The notes under the pieces: generated by a model | Database searches by the model: none | What the model saw: the letters and a program-made list of their open reading frames with translations, nothing else | What the model was told of the DNA's origin: nothing | In this document: positions 39,885 through 53,900 of the stretch, in pieces | Layout: each line of letters starts with the position of its first letter | Position numbering within the stretch: the stretch's first letter is position 1 | Made by a program: the position numbers and the translations under genes | Source of the DNA: Nageia nagi | Lineage: Eukaryota; Plantae; Pinophyta | DNA length: 64,000 nt | Direction of reading: 5' to 3' | Assembly (NCBI GenBank): GCA_050084985.1 | Contig: JBITNC010000001.1 | Span: forward strand, 135,284,001-135,348,000

Positions 39885-42800
39885 GTTTCACATGGATAAG
39901 TTTATAGGTATAGAATTACTTTAAGCATGGAAATACCATACCGATCATATGCATGCAATTGGCATATGACTTTTTTAATTCATAATATTTCTAAAATATA
40001 AAAAGAGATGATCTATCTTTAGTTGTTAAAGTGATTAATGATAAAACTATAATTTTTCCTTTACTGCATAGCATGAATGAATTCTTACAAGTTTTCAAAT
40101 GAGGAAACTCCATGCATCATTGATTTAGCTACTACCTATTTAAGGTTTTAGGCATTTTTCCTTTCCCTTATATTCCTTACCAATTTTGTACTTAAGTCAA
40201 CTGAGTACTTGGTTCTAGCATATTTTTTATTAAAAGATGTGTCTAATGGTATCTTTATCACCCAAAGGTTTATTGTGGTCCTTTTTGGTATAAAAGTTAG
40301 GTTTACCAATTTTTAAAGACAAAAAAAATGATTTTACTCAAATAAAAATATTAATTATAATAAAGTAAAATGCTTAAATGAATTGTTGAGTAAGTGAAAT
40401 CATTACCCATCTGATAGATGTTATTCATGGTTAACATGCATATAGATATGATGATGGAAATAATATAAAGAAGTGGAGGAGAACGTACTTGTCAATGTGC
40501 AATTTGTATTGAATCTACTAGCTTAAACCACATATTAAAAATAAAGAAGGAATGAGTGATCTATAAACATATATAGTTATCATCATGTTGGAAAATTTTA
40601 ATGTACTAATCCTAGATGCAAAGAAAGTAATAGACACTTAGATTTTTAAGGTCTTCATAGGATTCTTTCCTTAGTTGACACTATCATTTTTATCAATAGG
40701 TTTTAATTATATCATCAAAATACCATCTTTGTTATGGGTATTTTTATTATTATTTGTTTATTAAATGTACTTTTCAAAGATCAAATAGATGAAATTCTTT
40801 CTTGATACCTTCTAAATATTGAAAGAATTATTCTTTGCCAAATAAGTTCATGCCTATTAATACCTTTAATAATAGTGTTGTCATTATTTTTACCTAATTA
40901 TTATGGTATTCAAACTAATAAGCAAGATGATGACATGAAGAGGAGATTGATTTTATTATACATGATGAAGAAAAACCAAGTTATAGTTATCAATGATAAT
41001 GAATAATTCCTATTTGAAATATATAGTTCAAACCTTGTAGATAAAGATCATAAAAATTCATTTTTTTAAATGTTAAAAAAAATAATAATAAGTATGAGTG
41101 GAAGTGTTTTTTCCATTCACACAAAGACTGTAGGTTGCAAATATCTTGAATGTTGTAGTTTTAAACATTCTCATAAGCTTGTATAGAAGGTTAAAAGAAG
41201 ACTTCCAAAAGTCTCTTTGTTGAGAAGGTTGGATGAGTTGCCTTCAATTATTATTTTTTTGGTGATATGAAAGAATTGTTTGCTACAATCTCATGTTACT
41301 TGATGGTCTAAGGATGTAATATTTTTATGATCTATATACATTGATGGATGGTCATATCATTATTTGGTGAGTATTTCTAATTCGATATGTATATTCCCAA
41401 TTATAATGGTTGTAGAGAGATGTGTTTATCCCTATTTACACCATGTAGTTTGATCATGCATAGATGTGCTAGTCAATAACCTTTCTTGGTTATTTCAATA
41501 CCTAAATATTGTTATGGAAGTTAATCTTAAGGGGGGAATTTCTAAAACTTTCTTTATTGATGATTAGACACATTGGTAGATACCCAATCTGTACCATACA
41601 AAGAATGGAAGAGTGATAAATACCTAAGTTATTACCATATGAAGAATGAAGGATGGAAAATACCCAAACATTACCCTATGAGAATTGAAGTTCAATGAGT
41701 GCATTATAGTTTGATATGGTTTAAAGATCTATGAGCCTATTAGTGCTAAAAAATAATAATATTGTTGTAATGATAAAATTTAGATATTTATAATCAAGGG
41801 GGGTTTTAGAGATATAAATATATTTGTTATAAGTTGAGTAGTATCTCAACAAACTTGCTTATTTAGTGGGTATGTAGATACATAGTTTTTTTAGTTGTTT
41901 ATTATTTACTTGTTATAACAACCTATTGAGTTCTCATCCTATTTTTATATGTATTTTCCTATTTATATGTGATAATACAAAGTGAATTATTATGGCTTAA
42001 TATTAGAAGAATAAATTATTCCTCATAAGATAATATGTTAGTTTTTAGGGTTTGTACTAAGAGTCTTCCAATATCATATGTTAATTACCATTAAAGAATA
42101 AATCAATATGTCTACTTGCTTTATCTAGTTAATAAATATTAGGAATAACATCCATGAATACACTTAGAGAAACTATTGATCTCTAAATATGTATATCTAC
42201 ATTAATATTATTTGTATTACTAGTCACACTCATTGGTTTTGTATTAAAAATATAAAATTTAACAATTTAATATACCAATTTTTTAGCAATTTAATAATTA
42301 TTTTATGGAGTAATACATTCAGATTATCAATACATTTTCTAATAAATTGGAAGAAATAATATAAGTAGAAATTTTTGCAACATAATGATATAACATCTTT
42401 CCCATAATCACTAGCTTTGCAAGACATTAAATTTTAAATAAAAAGTTTCTCAATAATTTCTTTGACGTTTGATTTTCCATAGAGAATGATATCATTAATT
42501 CTAGTAAGATTCCTTTCTCAAGTTCTTAACATGATAAGTCATTGTATTACAGAATTAGCAAATGTTTATTTTATTAAACTCCATCATTTTTATTGCTTAT
42601 GACTCTTCATAATATAGTATTTAATTTTCTTAACACCAATAAGAGATACACCAAGCATAGGAAGATACATATAAGAGAAGATAGCAAAAGTCAAGTAATT
42701 CAATGTCAATAAGTTGCAAAGAACTCTTGAAGTTCTAGATGGCATCATAATTTACATCATTACATAAACTAATAATAATAATGATTTATTTCATCTTCAT

Positions 42801-43527
42801 ATCCATGTCAAACTAAGACTATTGAATCAAGGTTTCCCATACTAAGTGTAAACTTGGATTTGATAGTAATATTAATGGTAATTCCTAACAAATATCCAAG
42901 GGTCTAAAAGAAAATCTTTAGGCCATTTTTATAAGGTGAATGTTTATAATACTATGATGAGACATTCTTCCATATTTTCCCACTCCAAGAATAATACACA
43001 CTCGTATTAAATAAAGGTCCTTAAGAAGTAATGATTTTGACAAATACTTTAATTGCATAAGTTAGGGATATTCAAGATCACATATGAGTAAGCGAGAGGG
43101 ATGCTCATAATATAAGAATAATGCATTCAAGATAGATTGCAATTTTATTTTCTAAATCGAAGTAAATGACGACATTAACTTGAAAATTATAATATACAAA
43201 GTTTTAAAAGGCTAAATGATCTATGTTCAAAAATATACATTAAATTTTTTAATAATAATTTTCTTGAACTATATATATACACTTCAAATTTCTAAAAAAA
43301 AAAAAAACTTATAATAAACTAAATAATTACACTTCCATATTCTTTATTAAATTATTTAGTTTTGAAAATATAAACATTGTATTATAATTTATTCAAATCA
43401 TATTACAATATACATAAATTTAGATACTTAATAAACACTACAATATGATGTGCAAGCAATTGGTTTCTTCTGGAATGTAGGAAGAGATGGCCTCTTGTTG
43501 GTCGTCGGAGAGTACGCTCACAGGACC

Positions 43528-45057
43528 TTAGTTTGTCCTTCGGCGCATATCCTGAATGAATGCCTCCAAGTTTTCAAAGGAAGATCCTCCTGCCATCACG
43601 GTCTTTGCTGCTGCCTCCTTCAGTTTCAAAGCGGTTTTCCTCGCCTTTCTTCCTTCGTCACTCTGCATCAATTTCCTCACTGCATTCTCCACCTCCTCCC
43701 TTGTCACCAATCTCTCGTCGTCCACGTCCGACTCACTCAAATCCATCCCAACCTTCCAAACTTCTTTTGCAAATCTGCAGTTTAGAGATTGGTCGCCGGA
43801 ATAAGGCCACCCTAACGTTGGTACTCCCATGCTCATGCTCTCCAGCATGGAATTCCATCCATTGTGAGTCAGAAATCCTCCCACTGAAGGATGCGAAAGC
43901 ACTTTCAGCTGCGGTGCCCAACTCACTAACAGTGCTCGATCCTTGGTTCCCTGATTGAAACCCTCTGGCAAAGCAGCAGTTTCGCCATGAGCGAGATCTG
44001 AACGGAGTACCCACAGGAAGGGCTGCCCGCTTGCTTCCAGCCCCAACGCCATTTCTTGCAACTGCTGTTGGGACTTGACGGCCAAACTGCCAAACGAAAC
44101 GTACACAACAGAATCCGGAGGGTGCATGTCAAGCCACTTCACACAACTCTCGTCATCCTCCCACATGCTGCTTTTGACGGATTCATTTCTTCCGAGCAAG
44201 AAACCGGGCAGAGATACAGGACCTATGGCTACTGCTGGGCACCCGTTCACGGAAAGCGCTGTCGTGGCTTCTCTCCCTTCTAATTCTTCAAAGGTGTTGA
44301 TGAGGACATAGTCAACCCCTTTATTCACCATTTCAGATTCATACAGAAGGCACTTGAACAGGAGTCCCGACGCGTGCTGCTCACGATAGAAGGACATTAA
44401 ATCGCTGGGCAATAACGGTGGTATATTCCCCGGCAGACTCCTTATAACTCTGTCCCTAGAGTTCTTCGCATCTGAAAGCATAATAATCAGTTCCTATGTT
44501 GAAATGGATAAAAATGGTGCCAACATTTGCAGGTATTGTAAATTACCTTTCACTGGAATGTGTCCCTCTGAGAGTAGCAAATGAGCTTGTTTTTGTGGGA
44601 TGGAAGCAGCGGCGCAAAGAGGCCAGAAGAGAACCCTTGGCAGTCCCATATTGGCCGCCACAGAGTGGGTGCAGGACATGAAAGCGTCTGAGATGATACA
44701 TGTAATGGGAGGAATAGTCAAATCGTCCAGAGCAGAGCGCAGCACCATCTCCAAGGCAGAGGGCCCACAACGCTGCAATGCAGTCGATAGTTCGTCCCAA
44801 TTGTTGGTCCGACCGTGCGCAGCGGGCAAGCCGTCGGGAAAAGCCAAAAACTTGAAATTGGCACATCGGCAAGCATGCTCTGCAGATCCAAAAATGCGTT
44901 TGTGGCTCCATTCGGTGTTGAGGAAGGTGATGCAATGGAATCCTCTGGTGAGAAGCAGCTCAGAGAAAGTGGTGAGAGCCTTGATGTGACTCAGCGCAGG
45001 AAAAGGCACCACCACCGCATGCAGAGTATGTGTTTGAACCTCTGCGTGGTTCGCCAT
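43528..45057 (-). CDS. Family-1 plant UDP-glycosyltransferase (UGT85/86-like), 484 aa; exons 45057-44547 and 44471-43528
   Basis: HAVVVPFPALSHI (catalytic His), CIISDAF (Asp), VLINTFEELE, SVVYVSFGS, complete PSPG box WAPQLKVLSHPSVGGFLTHNGWNSMLESMSMGVPTLGWPYSGDQ. Splicing joins the two ORFs in frame (511+944=1455 nt); region is GC/CpG-rich. Confidence 0.96.
44472..44546 (-). other. 75-bp phase-1 GT-AG intron of the UGT
   Basis: Donor AAAG|gtaatt, acceptor tgctttcag|AT, giving ...PVK-D-AKN; position is typical of single-intron plant UGTs. Confidence 0.9.
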
Positions 45058-45141
45058 TGTTATGGTGGCCTTCTCTCTGGTAGCCAGAAGATTGAGTCTT
45101 CTTCCACAGACACTGGATGTTGATGCGTAAGAGACGGATTC

Positions 45142-45152
45142 ATTTATACGTG
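45142..45152 (-). promoter_or_regulatory. Probable TATA box of the UGT (cacgTATAAAT)
   Basis: 85 bp upstream of the ATG; equivalent motif kept in both paralogues (21697-21707, 53761-53768). Confidence 0.7.
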
Positions 45153-45278
45153 AAGTAGTGGGGTTACATAACCAACAATTCCAAAATGGAACAATATCAT
45201 ATTTGCGTTGAAGAGTAGATATAAAACTGCAGAATTTTGAGGGTCCCATAACCTTTAAGAAAAGGTAGCTAATAATAG

Positions 45279-45386
45279 ACCTCACCGACAAAGTATCACG
45301 CAACGCGATGATATGGTCTCAAAATCATAATTTTTTATGATTTTGAGACCATATCATCGCGTTGCGTGATACTTTGTCGGTGAGGT
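45279..45386. repeat. Perfect inverted repeat, 52-bp arms with a 4-nt TTTT loop
   Basis: 45279-45330 is the exact reverse complement of 45335-45386. Confidence 0.97.
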
Positions 45387-48189
45387 ATATATTTTATTGG
45401 ATTATTTAGTGTTTTTTTTTTCATTTATTTCTAATAGATTGTAACATTTTTTTTTAAATTATTGGGTATCTATTGCTTGATCGATGGAGTTTGATTATTA
45501 TTAAGGAAATTTAATTTATTAAAAGTTTATTTTTTATTTGATTAATTTCAAGTTTGTAATACAAATTTTATAGGTTGTAAGTAGTATGAGATTTATTGAG
45601 ATTTGTAAAAGTTTACGTCTTAAGGTACAAAATTAGAATATAAGTATTAAGAAATCAATGAAGATTCTCAAAGCATTTCAAAGGATCATCTAAACATTTT
45701 TGGGATAAAATTTCAATTTTATTAAAGATATTTTTGTTTAATCCTTTTTTTTTATATTTTATGCTATATTGCTCTAATTTTTATAATTATCAATTGCTCA
45801 TTATCGTTTATACTATATTATGTTATTATAATCTTGTATAGGTGGAAGAGGGAATTTTCCATAGTTACCTTATTTTTTATAACAAATAATAATATTTTGT
45901 GAATCAAGAACTTCATGAATAATTATAATGTTATAAAATATATCTTCATAGAGTAAAGCCTCCCTATTGATGATCGATCACCTATGACAAAATGAAATCA
46001 CTTTTTTAATGATTTTATACAACTTATTACAAAGGTATATAGGCCTAAAGTATTTAAAATCCTTGTGACCAACAACTTTTGAAATCAACAAAAGGAAAGT
46101 GTTAAAGTTTATATATCTAGTAATGGATTTGAAATATTAGAAATCCTTTACTATCTTAATGTCATTTATAATATTATACCAAATATGTTGATAAAAAGAT
46201 CATTGAAAATCATTAAGGCTTGATATATTTTCTCTTCGTATAATAAAAATTACATATTTGATTTTCCCTTCTTTTGATGAGCTTATGAGATATTTTTTAT
46301 GATTATTTTCCATAGTGTAAGGGAGAATCTATAAAAGAGTATGTATGGCCTTATCACCTGCTATGCCATTTTTGTCCATGAGATAAAAAAAAGAAGCAAA
46401 TAAATTCATTCCTATTCTCAAAAATATCCTTTGTGTATTCCTCATTTCATTTTTAAATTTTTTTTTTTTGGATTAAAACTTCTATATTTTTAAGTTGAAT
46501 TGTGAAAATCATTTTTATTCTTACCTACCCCTTGACCCATTATATCCTAAATTTTTTCTACTTAAAAATCTCTTCAAAGATTAGCATATTATGATAATCA
46601 CTTTAGAGATCTTTTTCTTTTTCCCCAATTTCCATTATGAAATTTCATTCTTTAATAGTAGATTACTTATTATTTGGTAGATTATTTTGTACCAAAAACA
46701 TTTTGAAATATTTCTCTATTCCAAATTATCATATTCCTTAAATCACAAATCATTATTTATGAGCTACTTACTCCATTAAAGATTCTAGAATACCTTGCAT
46801 CCAACATTCCTTAATTTGATTATTCATGCTTCAAGAATATGAGTTCAAAGTGTAGGAAGGGTATTTTACTCTTATGATATCTAAAGCGAATTCCCAAACT
46901 AAAGGATTATGATTTGATCTAATTTAAGAATGTCTTTCTTAAAATTAATCATCAAGTAAAGTAAAGCCAATCTTTGATATAAGAATTGGTTCTTATTTGA
47001 CTTGAAAATATTAGTTGTTTGACCTCCTAATGAACCACATATATTTAATACCCCTAAGGTAAATATCAATTAATTCTTTGAGAGTAAAAAAAGATTCAAA
47101 ATATAATGTACCTTCTATTATATGAAAATTACCACCTTTCTTGTCTAGGAAGAAAAGGAAAGAGTTGAAATCTTTATCTAGGATCCTTGGGGTATCTTCA
47201 AAGGGCTTTGTACTCTCACTTAAATCTTCCCATAAATATTTCCTACCTTAATTGAATTAGCAACATAGAATAATATAAAAATATATATATATATTTACTC
47301 TCCAACCTATAAGGGGATAAATAGATATATACAACTAGCCCCATTGTAAGTTATATGGGAAGGGATCCCTTTTGAATAGAATAATAATAAGCCTTAAATA
47401 ATAGGATTCATGAGCTGAATAAAAAACAAGATTGATCTTATGTTTTTTCAACAATAAGAATCACCTTTATATTATTAATTCAGCCCCTATTATTATTAAG
47501 TTGTGATTTTCCTCATTACAATAGTAGAAAACACAATTTTTTCAACTATATGAAATGTTAGGTTTTATATAAGCTCTTTGAATGGGTTCAACTTGAGAAA
47601 TGATAGATTTAATCAAACCAACCTCTCAATTATTAAAGCATTATATTTTGAATCAAGGAAAGTTCAACTAAAAGACCCATATATTAGTAATTTCCCCTTA
47701 AATAATAATAAATAGGATTGATTTTTTACTACTATTAGGTCAAATTTAAATGATGTTAAATATGAAAGCCTAATAATTGAAACTCGTGATGAAGTTAAAA
47801 ATGAAAATGATATATTTATTTTTAATAATAAGAAATATTTGTAATCATAATCATAGTTGAAGACTACAATTTATATCATTTAGGATATTTTTAAGATCCT
47901 TTAATACTAAATTAAATTATCTTATTATAACTAGTATGAAGAAATGATTTTATATATAATGAAAAATATTCTTTATCTTAACTTTCTTCCTCACAAATGA
48001 ATTATTTTATTCTCTTTATATATCATTATATTATAAATCATGCTTCATAAAAAATTCAACCTCTAAGATAGTTAGACATATTTGAGGTATACCCTTAATA
48101 ACATAAATTATATTTATTCCTTCAAATCCTTACTCCATTTGATACATTAAAGTTTTTAAATCTATTATATGTTTATCTAAGAAACTTTG

Positions 48190-48275
48190 TGCAAAGATGC
48201 AAGTAGGTTTCAAAAGAAATCATTATATCTATGATCACATTGTAACTCTTAGAGCTATCATTGAAGAAGCCAAAG
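48190..48275 (+). mobile_element. Short non-LTR (RTE-like) reverse transcriptase fragment
   Basis: QVGFKRNHYIYDHIVTLRAIIEEAK resembles the QxGFRxxxSTxDHIxTLRxIIE motif. Confidence 0.6.
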
Positions 48276-48978
48276 TTAATAAGTTTCAGATAGACAAATT
48301 TCAACTAAGAATCATATCTGATAAAAATTTTCAAATTTCAAATCTCTACCCAAGATCAAAGTTTGGCTTGAACACCAACATCTCATAGGAAAAGTCAGGA
48401 AGGCAATAAAGTGATGAATTCTGAAATAGAAATGAAGTGACAACTATGAATTTTTGGTATTGTTCAAATATTATTATAAGTGTTGTATATGATATCAAGC
48501 ATTAAATTTTAAATTTGATGGTTCATTGTCTTGAACTTAAATGTAAATTTTTTTATGTATATATTTTTGAAGTCTTTTTAAAATTCTATTTTTTTTTTAA
48601 TTTAAATTTATCTATTTTAATAATTTTTTTTATCATGGATAGCTATTGAAATAAAAATTAACATTCTAAATATTGATTTAATTAAGGAACTCAACCATAA
48701 TATAATGATGATCAATTTAGTGAGTTTCTTCAAAAAAATTATGAAGATACATTTGGTTATTCATTTTGATGATTTTCTTCTTATAGGAGGATTAAGCTAC
48801 TAAGATATACATATTTCTATTATAGTCTTTTATTTTAAAAATCATAGCTCAATTTGATTAAATAATATAATATACTTTTATAAATATAAATTATAATGCT
48901 TGTAAGATATCATATTACTCTTATTAATATGGTTGTATTCTTGAATATATTATCACTATCCACTTTTCAAGATTACTT

Positions 48979-49102
<124 letters not shown>

Positions 49103-50139
49103 ATGTTAATTAATTGAAAATTATTATTAGATATCAAAAAAGATGATCTTATATTGATATTTAATTTCATAGCATGATTATACTTATTTATGAATATTTT
49201 TAATTTTATATTATTGATTCTTTTATTTTATGTTAGTATTTTGTTGAATATGAAGGAAGAAATATAGTTTAATGAAGAGAGAGAAGGAATTCATATGCGA
49301 GTATGATTTTTACATAAGCTCAAGAGAAAATATACTATTTCTTATTCACAAATTCCTACAAGTCAAGGGGTGGGGTCATCTATGGGTAGCTCTTAGGCAA
49401 TTTTGAAGAACTCAAACCCTAATGCAACTTCCTCCTCCTCGATGAGCAGATCTCCTTGGTTGTCTAAAACTTGTAAGAGCTTATAGATTAGTGGAAGAAT
49501 ACAGTTGTTCATGAAGCAAGAATTTTGATGAAGCCATAATTTTTAAGAATGACATTAGAATTGTAGACACAAAAACTAAAGTAAGAGGGCATGAACAATG
49601 AGTTACGTATGTAACTTTTGATAAGATAAGTTGCATTTAGGAAATAATACTTAGAGTGCAGGTGCACATAATGATAAATAAAGGGTGATGAAGATAGATT
49701 GTTAGATCTCAAGGAAAAAGAATAAAGGAAACCAATATTTTATATATGGTCTTCATAAGGGGAAATTTCATTATTTTTCATACAGAAACTAGATCTATGA
49801 CTACTATTTATTTCATTCTATTTAGATATATATGCACATGCTCACAAAAAGAAAGAGAGAGTTTGAGTTAAATGTTGATATGCATTGTGAGCTTATTTAA
49901 ATATGTGGAGGAAACCTTGGTGCATCGATGTAGGTTGGTAGTATATCCTTACTCTAAGGTCTACCTTCAATTAGTTATCTTTTGATGGCAAAAGAATCTC
50001 TAGTAATGACTACAAGGAAGAACTTGCTTCATTCTCCATTGTAAATATGAGAATACTCTATTTTGTTGTAGTTTATGATTTTCTTAGGATCTTATAGATC
50101 TCAAATGGAGGATCTAAGAGGTCATATTTAAAGAAGGCT

Positions 50140-50450
50140 TATCAATAATAGATGGATTAATGGAGGGAGGTCCTACTCAAATCATATGCAAAAAGAATAG
50201 GTAAGCTAGATTTACAAAATAGCTCAATAGCATTGAATTTGAGGTGATGAAAGGATATATCAACAATGGAGGGAATGAGGAATGTCAAACTTAATGGAGG
50301 GTGATCCTACTTCATTTTTGATGTGGAGCTAGTTGAACCAAATTTGATGTTGGTTACATACATTCTTTCACATTCTAGATAATGTAAGCAACTCATCAAT
50401 AACAAAGGGCATGGAGTGTCAAGCTTAATGGAGGTAAGTTATACTTCATT
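50140..50450. repeat. Degenerate tandem repeat, about 135-bp period, 2-3 copies
   Basis: ttaatggagg...tact recurs at about 50157, 50291 and 50425. Confidence 0.5.
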
Positions 50451-51587
50451 GTGTAAAGTCTAAAGCAAGGAGAAAAAATTATGGTTGTAACCATATATTA
50501 AAAGAAGTAAAATAAAATTTGAATATGTTTAATAATTTTAATTCAAAATTATACCATTATAAAATTTGTAAAATGAGAACATGGAACTTATTTAAAAATT
50601 TAAGTTTTTCTTCATGGATGTGTTTTATGATAGGAGTCTTAGTATTACTTTGTTCTCTTTTTTCAATATAGAAAGATTTTTGCTTCATTTTTATTATGAT
50701 GCATACTAAAATATATGCAATGTCTTTTTATATAAAAGGTGGTTGGATATCCTTTCAAAACTCCTAATTTTTTTATTAAAACATTTAACCTTTTAATAAA
50801 ACAAAATTTCACAATGGAATTAAGGAGTATAAGTATTTTGATAATAAAATTTACACATAAGAATCACTTATTTTCTCTTAATAATATGAATGTGAATCAT
50901 TAAATGATCAGTATATATTATAAGTAATTAAATGGATTGTTAATCTCATATTTAAAAATCATCTTTAGGAATTGATCATTAGATCATATTTTAGATATAA
51001 AAGATCTAATGGTTGAATAAGTTCATAATCCTAACTAAATATTTTACTAACATTAGAAAATATATATATGAGTTATTATACATATCCAATGATTACTAAA
51101 ATGAGTTAAAAACTCAAAAGTAATTATTGTTAGTTTGGTATGAAAAATGATTTGATTTATTATAGATCACTAAATATCTTAGATGTTAAAAGGTTTAGGT
51201 TTAATACTTATAACTTAGTAGAGAATTCTATACTTACGATATTTTAACCAAAAAAATAGAAAGTATTTCTTATACATTTCATTTTAAAATTGGAAGAATT
51301 CGATTTCACTATTATGCCATAATGCCTATTTTTGGATAAATTGATTAAGCACATTTTATTCTAGGAAATATCCTAGATAATGATTTTAATAATGAATAAA
51401 AATTTATGTAATAAATAGTTAATATTATTTAAATTCTAAAAAATGATACTATCTAATATGGATATTAGATTCACTTCATATTTAATTCTAAAGGTTATAT
51501 CAAGCCATAGAAAAAATTAATTAAATGTTTCTATTAATAATTAAATTAAATTTTTTATTTAATTAAAAATAATATTTTGCATGTCTT

Positions 51588-52072
51588 TATTTTTGTTTTT
51601 TGAGAGGTATCAGCCAAAGCCACTAATCCTCTCGGTGTTGTGATCTTGCCCACTAAACACATGAATAAGGGTAAATCATGGGTTCTTTTCTTAGGTGGGA
51701 CTTTTTACATGAGGATTTCTTTTCTAGCCCTATAAATCAATCATAATACAACTAAAATGCATCCAAACTACAACCATGTAGTACCACCAGGGATCCATCA
51801 AGAGGATTTGAACTTATGACCTCTTCCCACCAATTTGAATCACTTTGCCACCATGGTATCCCCTTGGGGACTAAAATGCTAGGGTAAACATTTGAAGAAT
51901 CTATATCCACATGCATGTAGTCAACCACTACGAGCACCTTAGGTTTTACCACTTCCTTTATAACCCCTCCACATGGGTATAGCTTCCTCTCTTGGCTTGT
52001 GGGATTGGAACCCATGACCTCCCAAAGGAGACCAAGAGTCCTTACCACTACACCAATGCCTTATGGCTTGTC
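51588..52072 (-). mobile_element. tRNA-derived SINE with two tRNA-like heads
   Basis: A box tggtgtagtggt (52055-52044), B box ggttccaatccc (52012-52001), second gaggtcat+B box agttcaaatcc (51814-51804), 3' hairpin gagagg...cctctc and an A-rich tail. Confidence 0.75.
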
Positions 52073-53091
52073 TAAGTATTTCAAGTAATTTAATTATTAT
52101 ATTTTATATATATTTATAGAATAAAGTGCAATATTATTCAATTATATTCTTTTGATGATAAGTATAAGGAGTACTAGCTATTAAGATATCTTAGTCAATG
52201 ATGGAACCTTGCATCTATTTAAGGGGAGAAAGATATGACATTAATTATATTGAAACACTAATAGATACACTAATACATAATATTGATCTATGTATCTCAA
52301 CACAACCAATAAAGTATGGTTTTGAGGCTTTATTGCTTATTGTATTTCTTATTCATGATATTGTAGTTCAGGTATAATAAACTTGGTTAGAAATTTTGAT
52401 GACACACAAAAATTTGAAGATACTAAAGGAGGTGAGTGTTGTAGTATGGTATACCATAGTACATTGGTGCTCCATGTTGGATGAGGAATGAGGATTTAAA
52501 ATTCAAGACTAAGTGATGTTGAGATTGATAAACCAGGATTTATATTGTGATCCACTTAAAATTGGTAAATGATCATTTTGTAATTCATTTCAATTTAAAT
52601 TTGATTATGGTAAGGTCAATAGAAGCATTTGGTATTTTGAAATATAATTATTCAAAATTAAGTTATTTTATTTATTATAATTGATATCAAATTAACTAAG
52701 TAGAATCAATTTTTAGTATCAACAAATATGTGTACTTGACTTATGTTTGTAACCCTTAGGTTTATTAAGTATTGCATTTTTCTATAGAATTTTTTATTAG
52801 AAACCCTAGGTTTGTTTGGCTTTTTAGTAGTATTAATTTTATACAAAGTCAAAATATAAAATTATTGCTTTAAAATTATTAGAAAATACATAAATTTTAA
52901 TTTTGCAAAAAAATATTCTTGAGGATAACCATATAATTTGAAGGTCATTTTATTGAATTTGGTGAGATCTTAGATTGAAATATTTTGTTGAAACCATACC
53001 AAGGACTATTTGTGATATTAAAAGATCATATTTTGAGTACATAGCTTATCAATGCTCTCTAAATAAATTATAAAACTATTATGTATCAATT

Positions 53092-53275
53092 TGATAATAC
53101 TATATCCTATATTTATATCATATTACATAGTACCACTTTATGTATTTTTTCTTTGCATTACTAATATAGTATTATGAATTGTATGATAATACTATAACCT
53201 ATATTTATATCATATTACATAATGCCACTTTATGTATTTTTGCTTTCCATTACTAGTATAGTGTTATGAACTGTA
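53092..53275. repeat. 92-bp tandem duplication
   Basis: tgataatactata.cctatatttatatcatattacata... occurs twice. Confidence 0.9.
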
Positions 53276-53631
53276 TTGTATGTTGCCTTCGAGAAATATG
53301 AATTAACCCAAGTCCAAGTTGAGAGTGTTTCGTAAAGAAATAAAAATTATAAGGTTAACATGCTAAATTTAGTAGAGATCTTATACAATTCCATAAAAAT
53401 ACACATTTGATGCACTAGGTAAAATATAAAATTATATCTAAAATATTTAGGTAAATGTGTTCTTTCTTAGGAAATGGAAGTGAAATGATTGATAATATTA
53501 CTAGTGATGATATGAAAAATGATATTTCTTTTGGTACTAATATTGTTGAAATTCTTTTCAATATTGGTAGAACTAATACTATAAAAGAAAATAGTGGTAT
53601 TGATAAACAAAAGATTCAAAAATAGAAACTA

Positions 53632-53900
53632 ATGGAGAGTATGTGTATGAACGTCTCGGTGGTTCGCCATTGTTAGGGTTGCCTTCTCTCTCTCTGGTAG
53701 AGATATGGTAGCCAGAAACCTCACTCCAACTGGGGATTTGGATGTGTTAAGTACAGAGTCTTTTATAAGTGGAATGCTTGACTTATATCGCCAACGATAA
53801 TAGGAGCGAACGGAACACAATTGCGTTGAAGGGTAGATTTTCAACGTAGATGGTGCCTACTGCTGAAGATACTTATTCTCCGTGTAGAATAGAGGGTTTC
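53632..53900 (-). pseudogene. 5'-only fragment of a UGT paralogue (promoter, 5'UTR and first 13 codons)
   Basis: REKATLT-MANHRDVHTHTLH* versus REKATIT-MANHAEVQTHTLH; ATG at 53670; shared upstream motif at 53821-53838. Confidence 0.9.

Noticed and set aside
40400-42660. Possible transposase or integrase remnants
   Set aside because: Too decayed; no motif I can support by eye.
5262-45057. Biosynthetic gene cluster (subtilase plus UGTs)
   Set aside because: Only one intact enzyme; the subtilase is dead and no scaffold-forming or oxidative gene is present.
43450-45123. Many overlapping ORFs on the plus strand and in alternative frames
   Set aside because: Shadow ORFs of the GC-rich UGT coding sequence; no independent motifs.
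45058-45303. 82-codon N-terminal extension of the UGT ORF
   Set aside because: It spans the TATA box and hairpin and starts at a non-ATG codon; family-typical sequence begins at MANHAEV (45057).
46300-47500. Possible additional LINE remnant (also about 56400-57800)
   Set aside because: Composition is suggestive but no unambiguous motif; needs a translated HMM search.
51990-52070. tRNA gene
   Set aside because: A and B boxes are present but there is no convincing cloverleaf; it continues into a SINE body and tail.
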